Source of the DNA: Lachnospiraceae bacterium
GTDB lineage: Bacteria > Bacillota > Clostridia > Lachnospirales > Lachnospiraceae
Reading direction: 5' to 3'
DNA: 64,000 nucleotides
Assembly (NCBI GenBank): GCA_045640525.1
Contig: JAZUFE010000007.1
Coordinates: 1,008 to 65,007, forward strand
Shown: piece by piece, positions 15,975 to 26,020 of the stretch
How positions within the stretch are numbered: position 1 is the first letter of the stretch
How the letters are laid out: each line of letters starts with the position of its first letter
Program-made: the position numbers and the translations under genes
Notes under the pieces: model-generated
What the model was told of the DNA's origin: nothing
Database searches by the model: none
Seen by the model: the letters and a program-made list of their open reading frames with translations, nothing else

Positions 15975-18077
15975 CTAAATCAAAGCGTTTGCATCAAGAA
16001 TCAAAGCGATTTCACCATCGCCCAGAATTGTTGCGCCGCTGATAATTTTACTCTTGTTAATATATTTGCCCAATGACTTAATAACGATTTCCTGCTGTCC
16101 GATAAGTTCATCGACAACCAAACCGGCAAGTTTCTCACCCTTTTTGGCAATTGCAACGATGAGATTATCATCAGGTCCCTTGGTTGATGTGGTATCAAGT
16201 TTCTTATCAAGTCTGATAATCGGAATAACATTACCACGAAGAGTAATAACTTCTTCATTTTGAACAAGCTTAATATCATCAGGTGAAACATCTTCTATAG
16301 TCTGTATGCTTCCCAATGAAATTGCATATTTTTCTCCGCCGATAACTACCATCAGAGCCTGAATAATTGCAAGTGTTAACGGAAGTCTGATAGTCCATGT
16401 ACTTCCCTCACCATATTTAGATTCAACTTCAACCTCACCGCTGAGGGATTCTATCTTAGACTTAACAACATCAAGACCTACACCTCTTCCGGATACGTCC
16501 GAAATCTTTTTGGCTGTAGAGAAGCCTGCATTAAACAGCAGATTGATAACATCCTTTTCGGCCATATTTTCTGCCTGTTCGGGAGTTATAATGCCTCTTT
16601 CGATAGCCTTGCCCTTAACTGCTTCAACATCAATTCCGTTACCATCATCTCTAACCTCGATGACAACGTTGTTACCTTCTTGATATGCATCAAGGAAAAT
16701 GGAACCTACTTCCGGCTTACCGCGCTGTGCACGAATTTCTGCAGATTCAAGACCATGGTCGGCACTGTTTCTTAACAAGTGCATCAAAGGATCACCGATT
16801 TCATCAACCACTGTACGGTCAAGTTCTGTCTCCTCACCTGTCATGTACAATTCCATCTTCTTATCGAGTTTCTTCGAAAGGTCTCGAATCATTCTCGGGA
16901 ACTTAGATACAACGGATTCGATAGGAACCATTCGAACCTTCATAACAGATTCATGAAGGTTGGTTGTAACGCTTTCAAGATATTCTATCTGCTCATTGAA
17001 TCCTGCACCGGAAACGCCTTCCGAAACAGAAGCCGAAACAAGTGAGTTCTTTGCAATGATAAGTTCTGAAACCAAGTTCATCAAGACATCGAGTTTCTCA
17101 ATATCTACACGAACCGTTCTGTTAACAACAGGCTTGCCACCTGTCTTAGACTGCGATTTCTGAGGTGCCGAATTCTGAGGTGCTGCAGGTGCAACTGCTG
17201 TCTCGGCTGCTGCTTTGGCAGGTTCTTCTGTCGAAGCTGCTTCTGATGCTGCTCCATCGGATTCTGAGGTTGCCTTGACCTCGAGTTCTCCACCCACTAC
17301 TTTATCAATTTCGGATACTGCCTTGGCAACCGAAATGATATCATCCAAAGGAGACTCTGAAATCACTATCAAGCTGAAATCAAAGTCAAACTTTTCATCC
17401 TCAATATCCTGTGCTGAAGGATTCGAAACAATTATCTCACCCTTTTCCTCAACAGCTTTATATACCAAAAATGCTCTTGCTGCTTTTAACAGACAGTTCT
17501 CATTTACATATACGGTTAATCCGAATACGTTCTTTCCGTCTGCCTTGGCTGCTGCAATTACAGTCTGTTCGGATTCACCGATAGCCACCTGATTATACTT
17601 GGCTTCATCTGAGTTCTCTGCAGCCTTGGGAGCTTCTTCTTTCTTCTCTTCTTTAGCTTCTTCCTTAGGTGCTTCTGCTTTCGGAGCCTCACCCTTATTC
17701 TTAAGGTATTCGTTCAGCATATCAATAATAGGCTGATTATCATTGGTTCCTTCATCACCCGATTCCTGGATATTGGCGGTATATTCTTCCAATGCATCCA
17801 AAGACTGGAACAAAGTATCAATCATGGGAGATGTAATTTTCATGGCACCGTTACGGATTTCCGTAAATACATTCTCCATGTCATGGGTCAAATTCTGCAT
17901 ACGCTTATAACCCATGGTTCCTGCCATACCCTTCAAAGAGTGTGCGGCACGGAAAATTTCATTGATTGTATCAGCATCCTCGGGATTTTGCTCCAAGTTG
18001 AGAATCTGAGTATTCAATGATTCCAAATGTTCTCTTGTTTCATCCAAAAAGATTTCTAAATACTGACTAACATCCAT
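15975..18077 (-). CDS. cheA: Chemotaxis histidine kinase CheA
   Basis: 700 aa. HPt motif FRAAHSLKGMAGTMG, kinase boxes HLLRNSADHGLE, DDGNGID and GRGVGLDVV, and a C-terminal CheW-like domain. There is an Ala/Glu/Lys/Pro-rich linker after HPt. Confidence 0.95.
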   Translation of the reverse strand: MDVSQYLEIFLDETREHLESLNTQILNLEQNPEDADTINEIFRAAHSLKGMAGTMGYKRMQNLTHDMENVFTEIRNGAMKITSPMIDTLFQSLDALEEYTANIQESGDEGTNDNQPIIDMLNEYLKNKGEAPKAEAPKEEAKEEKKEEAPKAAENSDEAKYNQVAIGESEQTVIAAAKADGKNVFGLTVYVNENCLLKAARAFLVYKAVEEKGEIIVSNPSAQDIEDEKFDFDFSLIVISESPLDDIISVAKAVSEIDKVVGGELEVKATSESDGAASEAASTEEPAKAAAETAVAPAAPQNSAPQKSQSKTGGKPVVNRTVRVDIEKLDVLMNLVSELIIAKNSLVSASVSEGVSGAGFNEQIEYLESVTTNLHESVMKVRMVPIESVVSKFPRMIRDLSKKLDKKMELYMTGEETELDRTVVDEIGDPLMHLLRNSADHGLESAEIRAQRGKPEVGSIFLDAYQEGNNVVIEVRDDGNGIDVEAVKGKAIERGIITPEQAENMAEKDVINLLFNAGFSTAKKISDVSGRGVGLDVVKSKIESLSGEVEVESKYGEGSTWTIRLPLTLAIIQALMVVIGGEKYAISLGSIQTIEDVSPDDIKLVQNEEVITLRGNVIPIIRLDKKLDTTSTKGPDDNLIVAIAKKGEKLAGLVVDELIGQQEIVIKSLGKYINKSKIISGATILGDGEIALILDANALI

Positions 18078-18078
18078 T

Positions 18079-18666
18079 TTAAAATACCCCCACGTTCTGA
18101 ATAATTTCTATTGCTATCGACTGAAGATCCAATGCCTCATCCGCAAGTTTGGCTTTGATCACAGATTTCGGCATACCGAAAACCGTACACGATTCTTCGT
18201 TTTGAACCAATATTGTCGTTTTCTTTTGTTCAGATAATGACCTAATTCCTTCGGTTCCGTCGGCTCCCATTCCGGTCAAAACCACACACACTATCTCGTC
18301 ATAACCTGAATTAATTAACGATTCGTACATGTAGTTTGCGCATGGTTTAACGCCTTCTCTGCTTGGTTCATCGGTATAGTGAATCATGTGCCTTATACCG
18401 GACCTGACCAAATTCATATGCATCCCGCCGTTTGCGATGTACACATGCCCATTCTCAATGTGCTCACCTTCCTGGGCCAGTGAAACCGAAATCGGACTCA
18501 ACTGATCCAGTCTTTGCGCCAATGCCTGAGTGAACCCTGCCGGCATATGTTGTACTATGCATACCGGGGCGTTAAGATTTGACGGTAACAAAGGAATTAA
18601 TTCTTGTAGCGCTTTAGGCCCTCCTGTTGAGGAAGCAAGTGCCACAATTTTCTTCCCGATACTCAT
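18079..18666 (-). CDS. cheB: CheB-type chemoreceptor methylesterase, catalytic domain only (no receiver domain)
   Basis: 195 aa. Motifs IVALASSTGGPKAL, CIVQHMP and LTGMGADG. The ORF starts 112 nt after the preceding gene, which leaves no room for an N-terminal REC domain. Confidence 0.85.
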   Translation of the reverse strand: MSIGKKIVALASSTGGPKALQELIPLLPSNLNAPVCIVQHMPAGFTQALAQRLDQLSPISVSLAQEGEHIENGHVYIANGGMHMNLVRSGIRHMIHYTDEPSREGVKPCANYMYESLINSGYDEIVCVVLTGMGADGTEGIRSLSEQKKTTILVQNEESCTVFGMPKSVIKAKLADEALDLQSIAIEIIQNVGVF

Positions 18667-18778
18667 TGCGATCTCATGCCTTTTCTATTAATTGGTTTAA
18701 AACCATACAATGAGTATATCACACACTAAACTTCACATGCGTGCAAAGTAACATTCGACCTAAAAATATTCAGAAAAT

Positions 18779-19507
18779 TTACATACCTTTTTCACGTTTT
18801 CTGTGTTTTCGTTCCTCTTCAAAGATAAATCGAATAATTTCTTCACGATCATAGGTATCTATATCAATATACTGGGCTCGATGTTCAAAAACCCCGGGTC
18901 TGTTGTCAAGCTCTCGTACCGTAAGTACCTTACATATCAAAGTATACTCCTTGGAGTTACCGTCAATGATCAAATTGTACTTACAATATATTAAATTCTC
19001 GGGTTCATATTTAAAACTACTGATAAATCGTATTCCGCCGCCCGAAATATCCACCACTACAGATCTCTTAAGAGGAAGCCCGGGAACCAGATATAAGTCT
19101 GCTTTATTGTCCATCGCCTCTTTCTCTTCTTTTTCAAGAAGTCGTGCACTCATTTCCAACGCACAGCTTAGTCTGTAATAGTCTCTTCTTTGGAATTTTC
19201 GCAAGTTGGAAGTAAGCTCCATCAAAAGCACGTACTGCGTTCCGTCTTTATAGCGGTCTATTACGTTGGCAAAGCACTGATACAGTCCCTGCGGAGTATA
19301 AAAATATAAGTCGAATTCGGTATTTACCGGCAGAAGAATTATCTTGGACTTCTCCATAGGCATATAGATTTCAATCTGGTCATCGCTCAAAATATCACGA
19401 ACCTGAGAAATATATACTTTCTTCTTTGATTCCTCGTCGGCAAGTTTAACCTTTTCCACTGCCTGAATCTCTATTTTATTACCGGGAACTATGTAATTCG
19501 ATAACAT
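18779..19507 (-). CDS. PilZ-domain flagellar brake-type c-di-GMP receptor (YcgR/MotI-like)
   Basis: 242 aa. An N-terminal PilZN-like half is followed by the PilZ signatures QRRDYYRL (RxxxR) and DISGGGIRF (D/NxSxxG). Confidence 0.8.
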   Translation of the reverse strand: MLSNYIVPGNKIEIQAVEKVKLADEESKKKVYISQVRDILSDDQIEIYMPMEKSKIILLPVNTEFDLYFYTPQGLYQCFANVIDRYKDGTQYVLLMELTSNLRKFQRRDYYRLSCALEMSARLLEKEEKEAMDNKADLYLVPGLPLKRSVVVDISGGGIRFISSFKYEPENLIYCKYNLIIDGNSKEYTLICKVLTVRELDNRPGVFEHRAQYIDIDTYDREEIIRFIFEEERKHRKREKGM

Positions 19508-19521
19508 AAAGCCTCCAATTA

Positions 19522-20412
19522 TTAACTGTTTTTCTTTCCTGCCACGATATGGCTGAAGAACGCAGCCATTCCGCGCTTGGGAATAATATTCTCACACTCT
19601 TTATTCATCAGTGTATTGGCAATCTGCTCATACGCCAACGCTGATTTGGCACTCGGTGAAGCCAAAGATACAGGAGTTTGCTGCATTACCGCTCTTGATA
19701 ACTGTGAATCCTCCGGCACCGCGCCCAAATAAGAAATCGGAAGCTTCAGATATCTTGCAACCACTGCATTAAGCTTATTAAATAACATCTGTCCTTCTTC
19801 TTTTCCACTCACTTTATTGGCAAGCATTTTAACCTGTGAATTCTCCTGAGAAAATCTTGGGTGTCTGTTCAATGCTTTGAGCAGCGAATAAGAATCCGTA
19901 ATAGATGTAGGTTCCGGAGTTGTCACCAAAATAATTTCACCGCTTGCTACCAAGAATTCCAAAACAGCATCCGAAATACCCGCACCCGTATCTACTATTA
20001 TTATATCTGCAATTGCATCAAGTTCGGCAAGGTTCTGTATTATGTAAACTAGGTAGTCTCTGCTAAGATTTGACAATCCCGCTATACCCGAACCTCCGGA
20101 AATAAATCCCACATCGGACGGTCCCCATGTGATTATCTCCTTTATATTTTTGTTCTGATATATTAAATCACACAAGTTATGTTTGGGAACTGCGCCAAAC
20201 ATAATCTCGATATTGGCCAATCCGAAATCGGCATCAAGAATTATTACTCTCTGCCCCATCTTTTTAAATTGAATCGCCAAATTAATTGCCGTATTTGATT
20301 TACCCACTCCACCTTTTCCACTGGTAACCGTAATTACCCTTGCCAACGGTCTAGGCGGTCTTTTAATGTTTTCGGCTTTTATTATGTTACGTAACTGTTC
20401 TGCCTGATCCAT
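19522..20412 (-). CDS. flhG: MinD/ParA-type ATPase FlhG (YlxH)
   Basis: 296 aa. Deviant Walker A TVTSGKGGVGKSNTAINLA. It follows flhF. Confidence 0.9.
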   Translation of the reverse strand: MDQAEQLRNIIKAENIKRPPRPLARVITVTSGKGGVGKSNTAINLAIQFKKMGQRVIILDADFGLANIEIMFGAVPKHNLCDLIYQNKNIKEIITWGPSDVGFISGGSGIAGLSNLSRDYLVYIIQNLAELDAIADIIIVDTGAGISDAVLEFLVASGEIILVTTPEPTSITDSYSLLKALNRHPRFSQENSQVKMLANKVSGKEEGQMLFNKLNAVVARYLKLPISYLGAVPEDSQLSRAVMQQTPVSLASPSAKSALAYEQIANTLMNKECENIIPKRGMAAFFSHIVAGKKNS

Positions 20413-20426
20413 TCTCTACCTCTAAA

Positions 20427-21749
20427 TCAATTGCGTCTTCCACCCAATAACTGCTTTACGGTTTTTTGAGGATTGAACTCCTCAATATCCTCCGGAACGT
20501 TTTGTCCGCAGGTTACATAGCTCAATGACGCTCCCGTATGCAACTTGATATTCAGTAAATTGCCCAACGTGGTAGTTTCATCAAGTTTGGTAAATATAAG
20601 TTTGTATTCCGTCATAGCCGAATAAGTATCGGCTATACTGATTAAATCACGCAACTTAGTCGTTGCCGAGAGAACCAAAAATACTTCTTTTTCAACCTGA
20701 CCGTCTACCGAATGTATAAATCCGTTCATGACATCACGTTGTGCCTCATTTTGGTGTGAATGTCCTGCCGTATCGACAAGAATATAATCATAATCCTTAA
20801 AGTCTACCAAAGCTTTCTCAACTTCTTCTATTGCATAGATTATTCTAAAAGGTATCTCAAGAATATTGGCATAAGTATGAAGCTGTTCGGCAGCTGCTAT
20901 TCTATACGTATCCGCTGTCAGCAAAGCAACCTTCTTCTTGGCTTCAACACTGAACTTCGATGCTATTTTAGCTATTGTAGTGGTTTTACCCACACCGGTC
21001 GGGCCTACAAAGAAAACAACTTTGGGTCCTCTTGCGGAAGGTGTGATTGTTTCCGGATTACCGAATTTCAAAATCATCTTCTGATATGTATTGGAAAGTG
21101 CCATCTCAAAAGGAGTGTTGGGATTAATATTTTTCTCCATCTCCTCTATTATCTGATTGGCATACTTCTCGTTAATTTCGTTATCAATCATCGTATTATA
21201 CAAAAGCTTAATAAACTTGCTGACTTCCGATGAAAGTTCGGGTGCATTGACAACTTCCGAATCCTGTGAGTCACTGTCGGGCTTTTGAAGTTGAGCTTCA
21301 AGCATCGTATGAAGTGAATCAAGCTTTTCTTCTATAACACTGCTGTCACTTTTTCTGTTACTCAATCGCTCAAGAGCCGTAGGAGCAACGGTAATCTTTT
21401 CGTCCGCCTTGATATCAATCTTTGATTCACTCTTAACAGGAGCCTCTTCTACTGTCGCAGCTGTCGAAGCCGTTGAAGAGGCCAAATTCGAGTTCTTCTC
21501 CTCCTTAACCATCGAATCGGCCACACTTCTGATTCCGGCTATAGCTTCAACTATCTCTGAATTCTGGGTACGAACAACTTCGTCCTCAAGTGCAACGGTA
21601 ACCTCAACCAGTTGAGGGCGCAGGAAACTAAACAAGCCTTTTTTCTTGACGTTACGCACATTCATTTCAACAACATTGGGACCCAGTTCCTGATATGCCG
21701 CACTCAATGCTTCTTCTTTGGTTTTACCTTGGAACTTCTTAATTATCAT
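20427..21749 (-). CDS. flhF: SRP-type GTPase FlhF
   Basis: 440 aa. N-terminal MIIKKFQGKTKEEAL and GTPase motifs FVGPTGVGKTTTIAKIA, DTAGHS and TKLDET. Confidence 0.92.
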   Translation of the reverse strand: MIIKKFQGKTKEEALSAAYQELGPNVVEMNVRNVKKKGLFSFLRPQLVEVTVALEDEVVRTQNSEIVEAIAGIRSVADSMVKEEKNSNLASSTASTAATVEEAPVKSESKIDIKADEKITVAPTALERLSNRKSDSSVIEEKLDSLHTMLEAQLQKPDSDSQDSEVVNAPELSSEVSKFIKLLYNTMIDNEINEKYANQIIEEMEKNINPNTPFEMALSNTYQKMILKFGNPETITPSARGPKVVFFVGPTGVGKTTTIAKIASKFSVEAKKKVALLTADTYRIAAAEQLHTYANILEIPFRIIYAIEEVEKALVDFKDYDYILVDTAGHSHQNEAQRDVMNGFIHSVDGQVEKEVFLVLSATTKLRDLISIADTYSAMTEYKLIFTKLDETTTLGNLLNIKLHTGASLSYVTCGQNVPEDIEEFNPQKTVKQLLGGRRN

Positions 21750-23787
21750 TTATTGTCACCATTCCTACAGACTGTAATTCTATATTACTCTCTATTTCAT
21801 TATAAGACACAACTATCAAATCTTTAAAGTAATCTTCCGTCAATCGTTTAAAATACATACGAACAATCGGAGATGTAACCACAATAGGGTTCTTGCCCAT
21901 ATTTTCCAATTTGTCGACTTCGCTCTGAACCGAATTGATGATTGCCTTGCTTCTTTCAGGGTCGAGTGTCAAATAAGCTCCCGTCTCTGTCTGCTTAACG
22001 GAACTCATGATTTCCTGTTCAATCTTAGGATCAACCGTAACAACAGATGTCATTTCATTAGGTGCAAAGAATTTACCTGAAATTGCACGTTTCAATGACT
22101 GTCTTACATATTCCGTCAAAATATCGGTATCTCTCGTAGTTGTAGCATAATCTGCCAGCGTTTCGAATATCGTAAGCAAATCTCTTATTGATATTCCTTC
22201 TTTAAGCAGATTCTGCAAAACCTTCTGAACTTCGCCAAGTCCAAGCAGCTTAGGCACAAGTTCCTCGACAAGTGAAGGATTTGAATCCTTCAAATTGTTG
22301 ATAAGGTTCTGAACATCCTGTCTTGTCAGCAATTCCGAAATGTGCTGTCTTATTATCTCTGTCAAATGTGTTGCAATAATTGACGGCGGATCAACAACCG
22401 TATATCCGACCGACTCCGCACGTTCACGCTGACTTTCGGTAATCCATATCGCCGGCAAATGGAAAGAAGGTTCGAATGTCGGAATACCCATAATTTCTTC
22501 TTCCACATATCCCGGATTCATTGCCATATAGTGGTCAAACAGTATTTCGCCTTCGGAAATCTGAATGCCCTTTATCTTTATAATATACTGATTCGGATTC
22601 AGCTGAATATTATCACGCAATCTTATAATAGGAACAACCGTACCAAGTTCAAGAGCCACCTGTCTTCGTATCATTACCACACGGTCAAGCAGGTCACCGC
22701 CTTGATTAACGTCGGCCAGCGGAATGATTCCGTATCCGAATTCCAATTCGATAGGGTCAACCTGCAAAAGCGAATTGACATTCTCCGGTTGCCGGATTTC
22801 CTCTGCGGCAGCCTCCTCTTTGGTAACTTCCTTCTCTATCTTAGCCGTTTCAATATGTGCGGATACACTTCTTCCCACAACAACAAACACCAAACCCAAG
22901 GCCAGGAATATTATGGTCGGCAGAGGGGTAACCACTCCGAGCAAACACAATATCGCGCCTACGATATACAATGCTTTGGGGAGTCCGAACAGCTGCTTAA
23001 CAAGAACAGAACCAAAGTCTGCATCTTTCGAGCCCTTGGTAACCAAAATACCCGTTGATAAAGATATAAGCAGTGACGGAATCTGCGATACCAATCCATC
23101 ACCTATGGTAAGTACCACGTATTTGTTCAGTGCGGCACTAAAATCCAGATTCTGTCTCAAAACACCCATTGCGATACCGCCTACGACATTAACCGCGGTT
23201 ATTATCAATCCTGCTACGGCATCTCCTTTAACATACTTAACGGCACCATCCATAGAGCCGAAGAAAGAAGCTTCCTCCTGCATCTTATCTCTTCTTCTCT
23301 TGGCCTCGGCATCATCAATAGCACCTGTATTTAAATCCGCATCAATGGCCATCTGTTTACCGGGCATGGCGTCCAAGGTAAATCTTGCGGTTACTTCCGC
23401 TACTCTTTCCGAACCTTTGTTGATTACCATGAACTGGACAATCAAAAGTATAATAAAGACTATCGCACCTACAATCAGGTCTCCACCACCGACATAACTT
23501 CCGAAAGTCTGTACAACCTGTCCCGGATCACCTGTTGTCAAAATGAGTTTGGTGGATGAAATATTCAGTGCAATTCTAAAAATCGTTGTAAACAAAAGAA
23601 TCGTAGGATAGAAAGAAAGGTCTAAAACCTCTACCGAGAACATAGAAACGAACAAAATAGTAAATGCCACGGCAATATTTACTGCCAAAAGTACGTCCAG
23701 CAAGCCTGATGGTAATGTAATTATCATCATGACGAAAGCAGCAACAACATAGAATGCTATTCCGACATCGGCTCTGCTAAGTTTCAT
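21739..23787 (-). CDS. flhA: Flagellar export apparatus protein FlhA
   Basis: 682 aa. The N-terminal TM domain has FRIALNISSTKLIL and there is a large C-terminal cytoplasmic domain. Order flhB-flhA-flhF. Confidence 0.95.
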   Translation of the reverse strand: MKLSRADVGIAFYVVAAFVMMIITLPSGLLDVLLAVNIAVAFTILFVSMFSVEVLDLSFYPTILLFTTIFRIALNISSTKLILTTGDPGQVVQTFGSYVGGGDLIVGAIVFIILLIVQFMVINKGSERVAEVTARFTLDAMPGKQMAIDADLNTGAIDDAEAKRRRDKMQEEASFFGSMDGAVKYVKGDAVAGLIITAVNVVGGIAMGVLRQNLDFSAALNKYVVLTIGDGLVSQIPSLLISLSTGILVTKGSKDADFGSVLVKQLFGLPKALYIVGAILCLLGVVTPLPTIIFLALGLVFVVVGRSVSAHIETAKIEKEVTKEEAAAEEIRQPENVNSLLQVDPIELEFGYGIIPLADVNQGGDLLDRVVMIRRQVALELGTVVPIIRLRDNIQLNPNQYIIKIKGIQISEGEILFDHYMAMNPGYVEEEIMGIPTFEPSFHLPAIWITESQRERAESVGYTVVDPPSIIATHLTEIIRQHISELLTRQDVQNLINNLKDSNPSLVEELVPKLLGLGEVQKVLQNLLKEGISIRDLLTIFETLADYATTTRDTDILTEYVRQSLKRAISGKFFAPNEMTSVVTVDPKIEQEIMSSVKQTETGAYLTLDPERSKAIINSVQSEVDKLENMGKNPIVVTSPIVRMYFKRLTEDYFKDLIVVSYNEIESNIELQSVGMVTINDN

Positions 23788-23838
23788 CTGTTCTCCTCCT
23801 TTCCCGAATCTGCAATTTCTTAATAACTAATCCAAAAT

Positions 23839-24954
23839 TTATAATTTACCCTGCAATTGATATACAAATGCAAGAACGTTGGCAACCGGTTCATACAATT
23901 CCGGAGGAATCAATTGCCCTACCTCAACGGTTGCATAAAGCATTCTGGCAAGCGGCTTGTCTTCCATGATGTAAACATCATTTTCTTTGGCAACAGCCTT
24001 TATTTTCTGTGCCAGATAATCGGCACCTTTAGCTACCACAATCGGCGCTCCCAAATCCGAATCCCTGTCGTATTTAATTGCTACGGCATAGTGAGTCGGG
24101 TTGGTAATAACTACATCGGCAGTCGGAAGTTCCTGCATCATTCTTCGCATGGATGCTTCTCTCATACGTTGCTTAATCTTACCCTTAACCTGCGGATCAC
24201 CTTCCTGGTTCTTATACTCATCCTTGACTTCCTGTTTGGTCATCATCATATCCTGTTTGAATTTCCACTTTTGATAAGCGAAATCCGCAGCAGCAAGAAT
24301 AATATAAACAGCGGCTATCCTTATTCCCAAATCAACGACCGTCTCCCCGATCAATCCGATAGCCTGCTTAATCGGCATATCATACAGCAGATACAATTGC
24401 CCCGAAACACCCATGATATAGGAATATACAACGTATCCTACCAGCAATAGTTTCAGCAGGGCTTTCAATAATTCCATCAACGAATTTGCCGAAAAAATTC
24501 TTTTAAAACCGTTAATCGGATTCAATTTACTGAATTTGGGTTTCAACGGTTTGGTAGTAGGTTTCCATTTAACCTGAACCACGTCACACACAAATGCGAC
24601 CGCAAAAGCAACAATGAAAAACGGAAGCAGCATCAAAACAGTCCTGACCATTGCCGTATTAACAAATGTTAATATCGAAGCCTGCGGAATATTGCCGTCA
24701 TATTCTTGAATCGTTCCCGGAATCTGAGCATATAAGTTTTCAAACAATCCCAAAAAATCCGTTCCCAAAGTACCTATGTATATCTTTACCAGAATAAACA
24801 TAGCCATTATTCCGGCAGCATTGGCAATTTCTTTGCTCTTGGCTACCTGACCTTCTTTTCTGGCATCCTCGAGCTTTTTGGATGTGGGTTCCTCGGTTTT
24901 CTCACCGCCGGGACCGTCTTTGGCAAATAACTGCAGATTAAGTTCCAACATCAT
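23839..24954 (-). CDS. flhB: Flagellar export switch protein FlhB
   Basis: 371 aa. N-terminal GEKTEEPTSKKLEDARKEGQVAKSKE and the autocleavage motif NPTHYAVAIKY. Confidence 0.95.
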   Translation of the reverse strand: MMLELNLQLFAKDGPGGEKTEEPTSKKLEDARKEGQVAKSKEIANAAGIMAMFILVKIYIGTLGTDFLGLFENLYAQIPGTIQEYDGNIPQASILTFVNTAMVRTVLMLLPFFIVAFAVAFVCDVVQVKWKPTTKPLKPKFSKLNPINGFKRIFSANSLMELLKALLKLLLVGYVVYSYIMGVSGQLYLLYDMPIKQAIGLIGETVVDLGIRIAAVYIILAAADFAYQKWKFKQDMMMTKQEVKDEYKNQEGDPQVKGKIKQRMREASMRRMMQELPTADVVITNPTHYAVAIKYDRDSDLGAPIVVAKGADYLAQKIKAVAKENDVYIMEDKPLARMLYATVEVGQLIPPELYEPVANVLAFVYQLQGKL

Positions 24955-25733
24955 CAGCTGACAGCCTCCACCATCGTTACAACCATATGTTTCATCTCGG
25001 TAAATATCATGTCAGCCGCATCCGGCAACATTGTCATCGTCAAGAACAAAATTCCCAATCCGACCAATACTTTAATCTGTATTCCCACCGCAAACATATT
25101 AAGCTGGGGAGATACCTTGGCCAAAACGCCCAAAACCGCATTCAAAATAATCATGGTTGCAAATATCGGTAAACATATTCTGAAACCGATTACGACATAA
25201 TCACCCATGAATTCAAGCATACCGCTCATCAATCGGTTAACATGAAATACCTGACCGTTTATCGGTATTAACGTGTATGTTTCCACCAGAGCACTTAACA
25301 AATACCTGTGCATTCCCGAAAGAAGCATCATAAGCATGATAGAATAGTTATACAAAGCACCTGTTATTGTAACCGAATCCTTTGTTGCCGGATCGAACAA
25401 TGTCACCATACTAAGGCCCATTTCCATATCCGCTATATGTCCAGCGAAATTGACAACCATCATACAGATATTGGCCCCGAATCCGATAATCAGCCCTGAA
25501 ATAACTTCTTTTAGGATTAGTATTGTATATTGCAAAAGTGACTCGTATATCGGTCCCTCATGGGGAATCAGTTTAAAAATCAAAGCACTGATAAAAATGC
25601 TTAACAAAATACGTATATGTCTCGGAGTGTTGCTCATGCTAAAAAAGGGAGCCACAAAAATAAAACTTGCTACCCTCATAAGCACCAAAAGAAACAACTC
25701 CAAATCTTGATATGTAAAAGAGTAATCAAACAT
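24954..25733 (-). CDS. fliR: Flagellar export apparatus protein FliR
   Basis: 259 aa and polytopic. Position fliP-fliQ-fliR-flhB. Start and stop are coupled with flhB. Confidence 0.9.
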   Translation of the reverse strand: MFDYSFTYQDLELFLLVLMRVASFIFVAPFFSMSNTPRHIRILLSIFISALIFKLIPHEGPIYESLLQYTILILKEVISGLIIGFGANICMMVVNFAGHIADMEMGLSMVTLFDPATKDSVTITGALYNYSIMLMMLLSGMHRYLLSALVETYTLIPINGQVFHVNRLMSGMLEFMGDYVVIGFRICLPIFATMIILNAVLGVLAKVSPQLNMFAVGIQIKVLVGLGILFLTMTMLPDAADMIFTEMKHMVVTMVEAVS

Positions 25734-25738
25734 ATGCG

Positions 25739-26008
25739 CTATTTAATGTATATACTGAAATTGGACCACAAAGACTCCATAAATCCCGTCATGTTATTTA
25801 ACATCCAGTGACCCAAAAGAATAATCGCCAAAAAGATTGCTATAACTTTGGGAACAAACGTAAGCGTCTGCTCCTGAATGGAGGTTACGGTTTGAAAAAT
25901 ACTGACAATCAATCCGACAATAAGAGAAACCAACAGAATTGGTGCCGAAGTCTTGATTACTATATATAATGCATCGCTCGATATAGCTGCCACATCATCT
26001 ATATTCAT
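25739..26008 (-). CDS. fliQ: Flagellar export apparatus protein FliQ
   Basis: 89 aa with two TM segments. Motif LIVGLIVSIFQTVTSIQEQTLTFVPK. Confidence 0.92.
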   Translation of the reverse strand: MNIDDVAAISSDALYIVIKTSAPILLVSLIVGLIVSIFQTVTSIQEQTLTFVPKVIAIFLAIILLGHWMLNNMTGFMESLWSNFSIYIK

Positions 26009-26020
26009 GGCCTACCCCCG

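Noticed and set aside
22724-23497. Long plus-strand ORFs lying antisense to minus-strand genes. Examples are 22724-23497 (257 aa, opposite flhA), 45102-45761 (opposite topA), 38453-39097 (opposite fliI), 41740-42408 (opposite fliF), 48276-48857 and 52113-52709 (opposite the giant gene), and 60073-60627.
   Set aside because: Each lies wholly inside a minus-strand gene with clear family motifs. Their translations are low-complexity or Cys/Arg/Ile-rich, with no RBS and no recognisable domain. They behave like shadow ORFs of an AT-rich genome.
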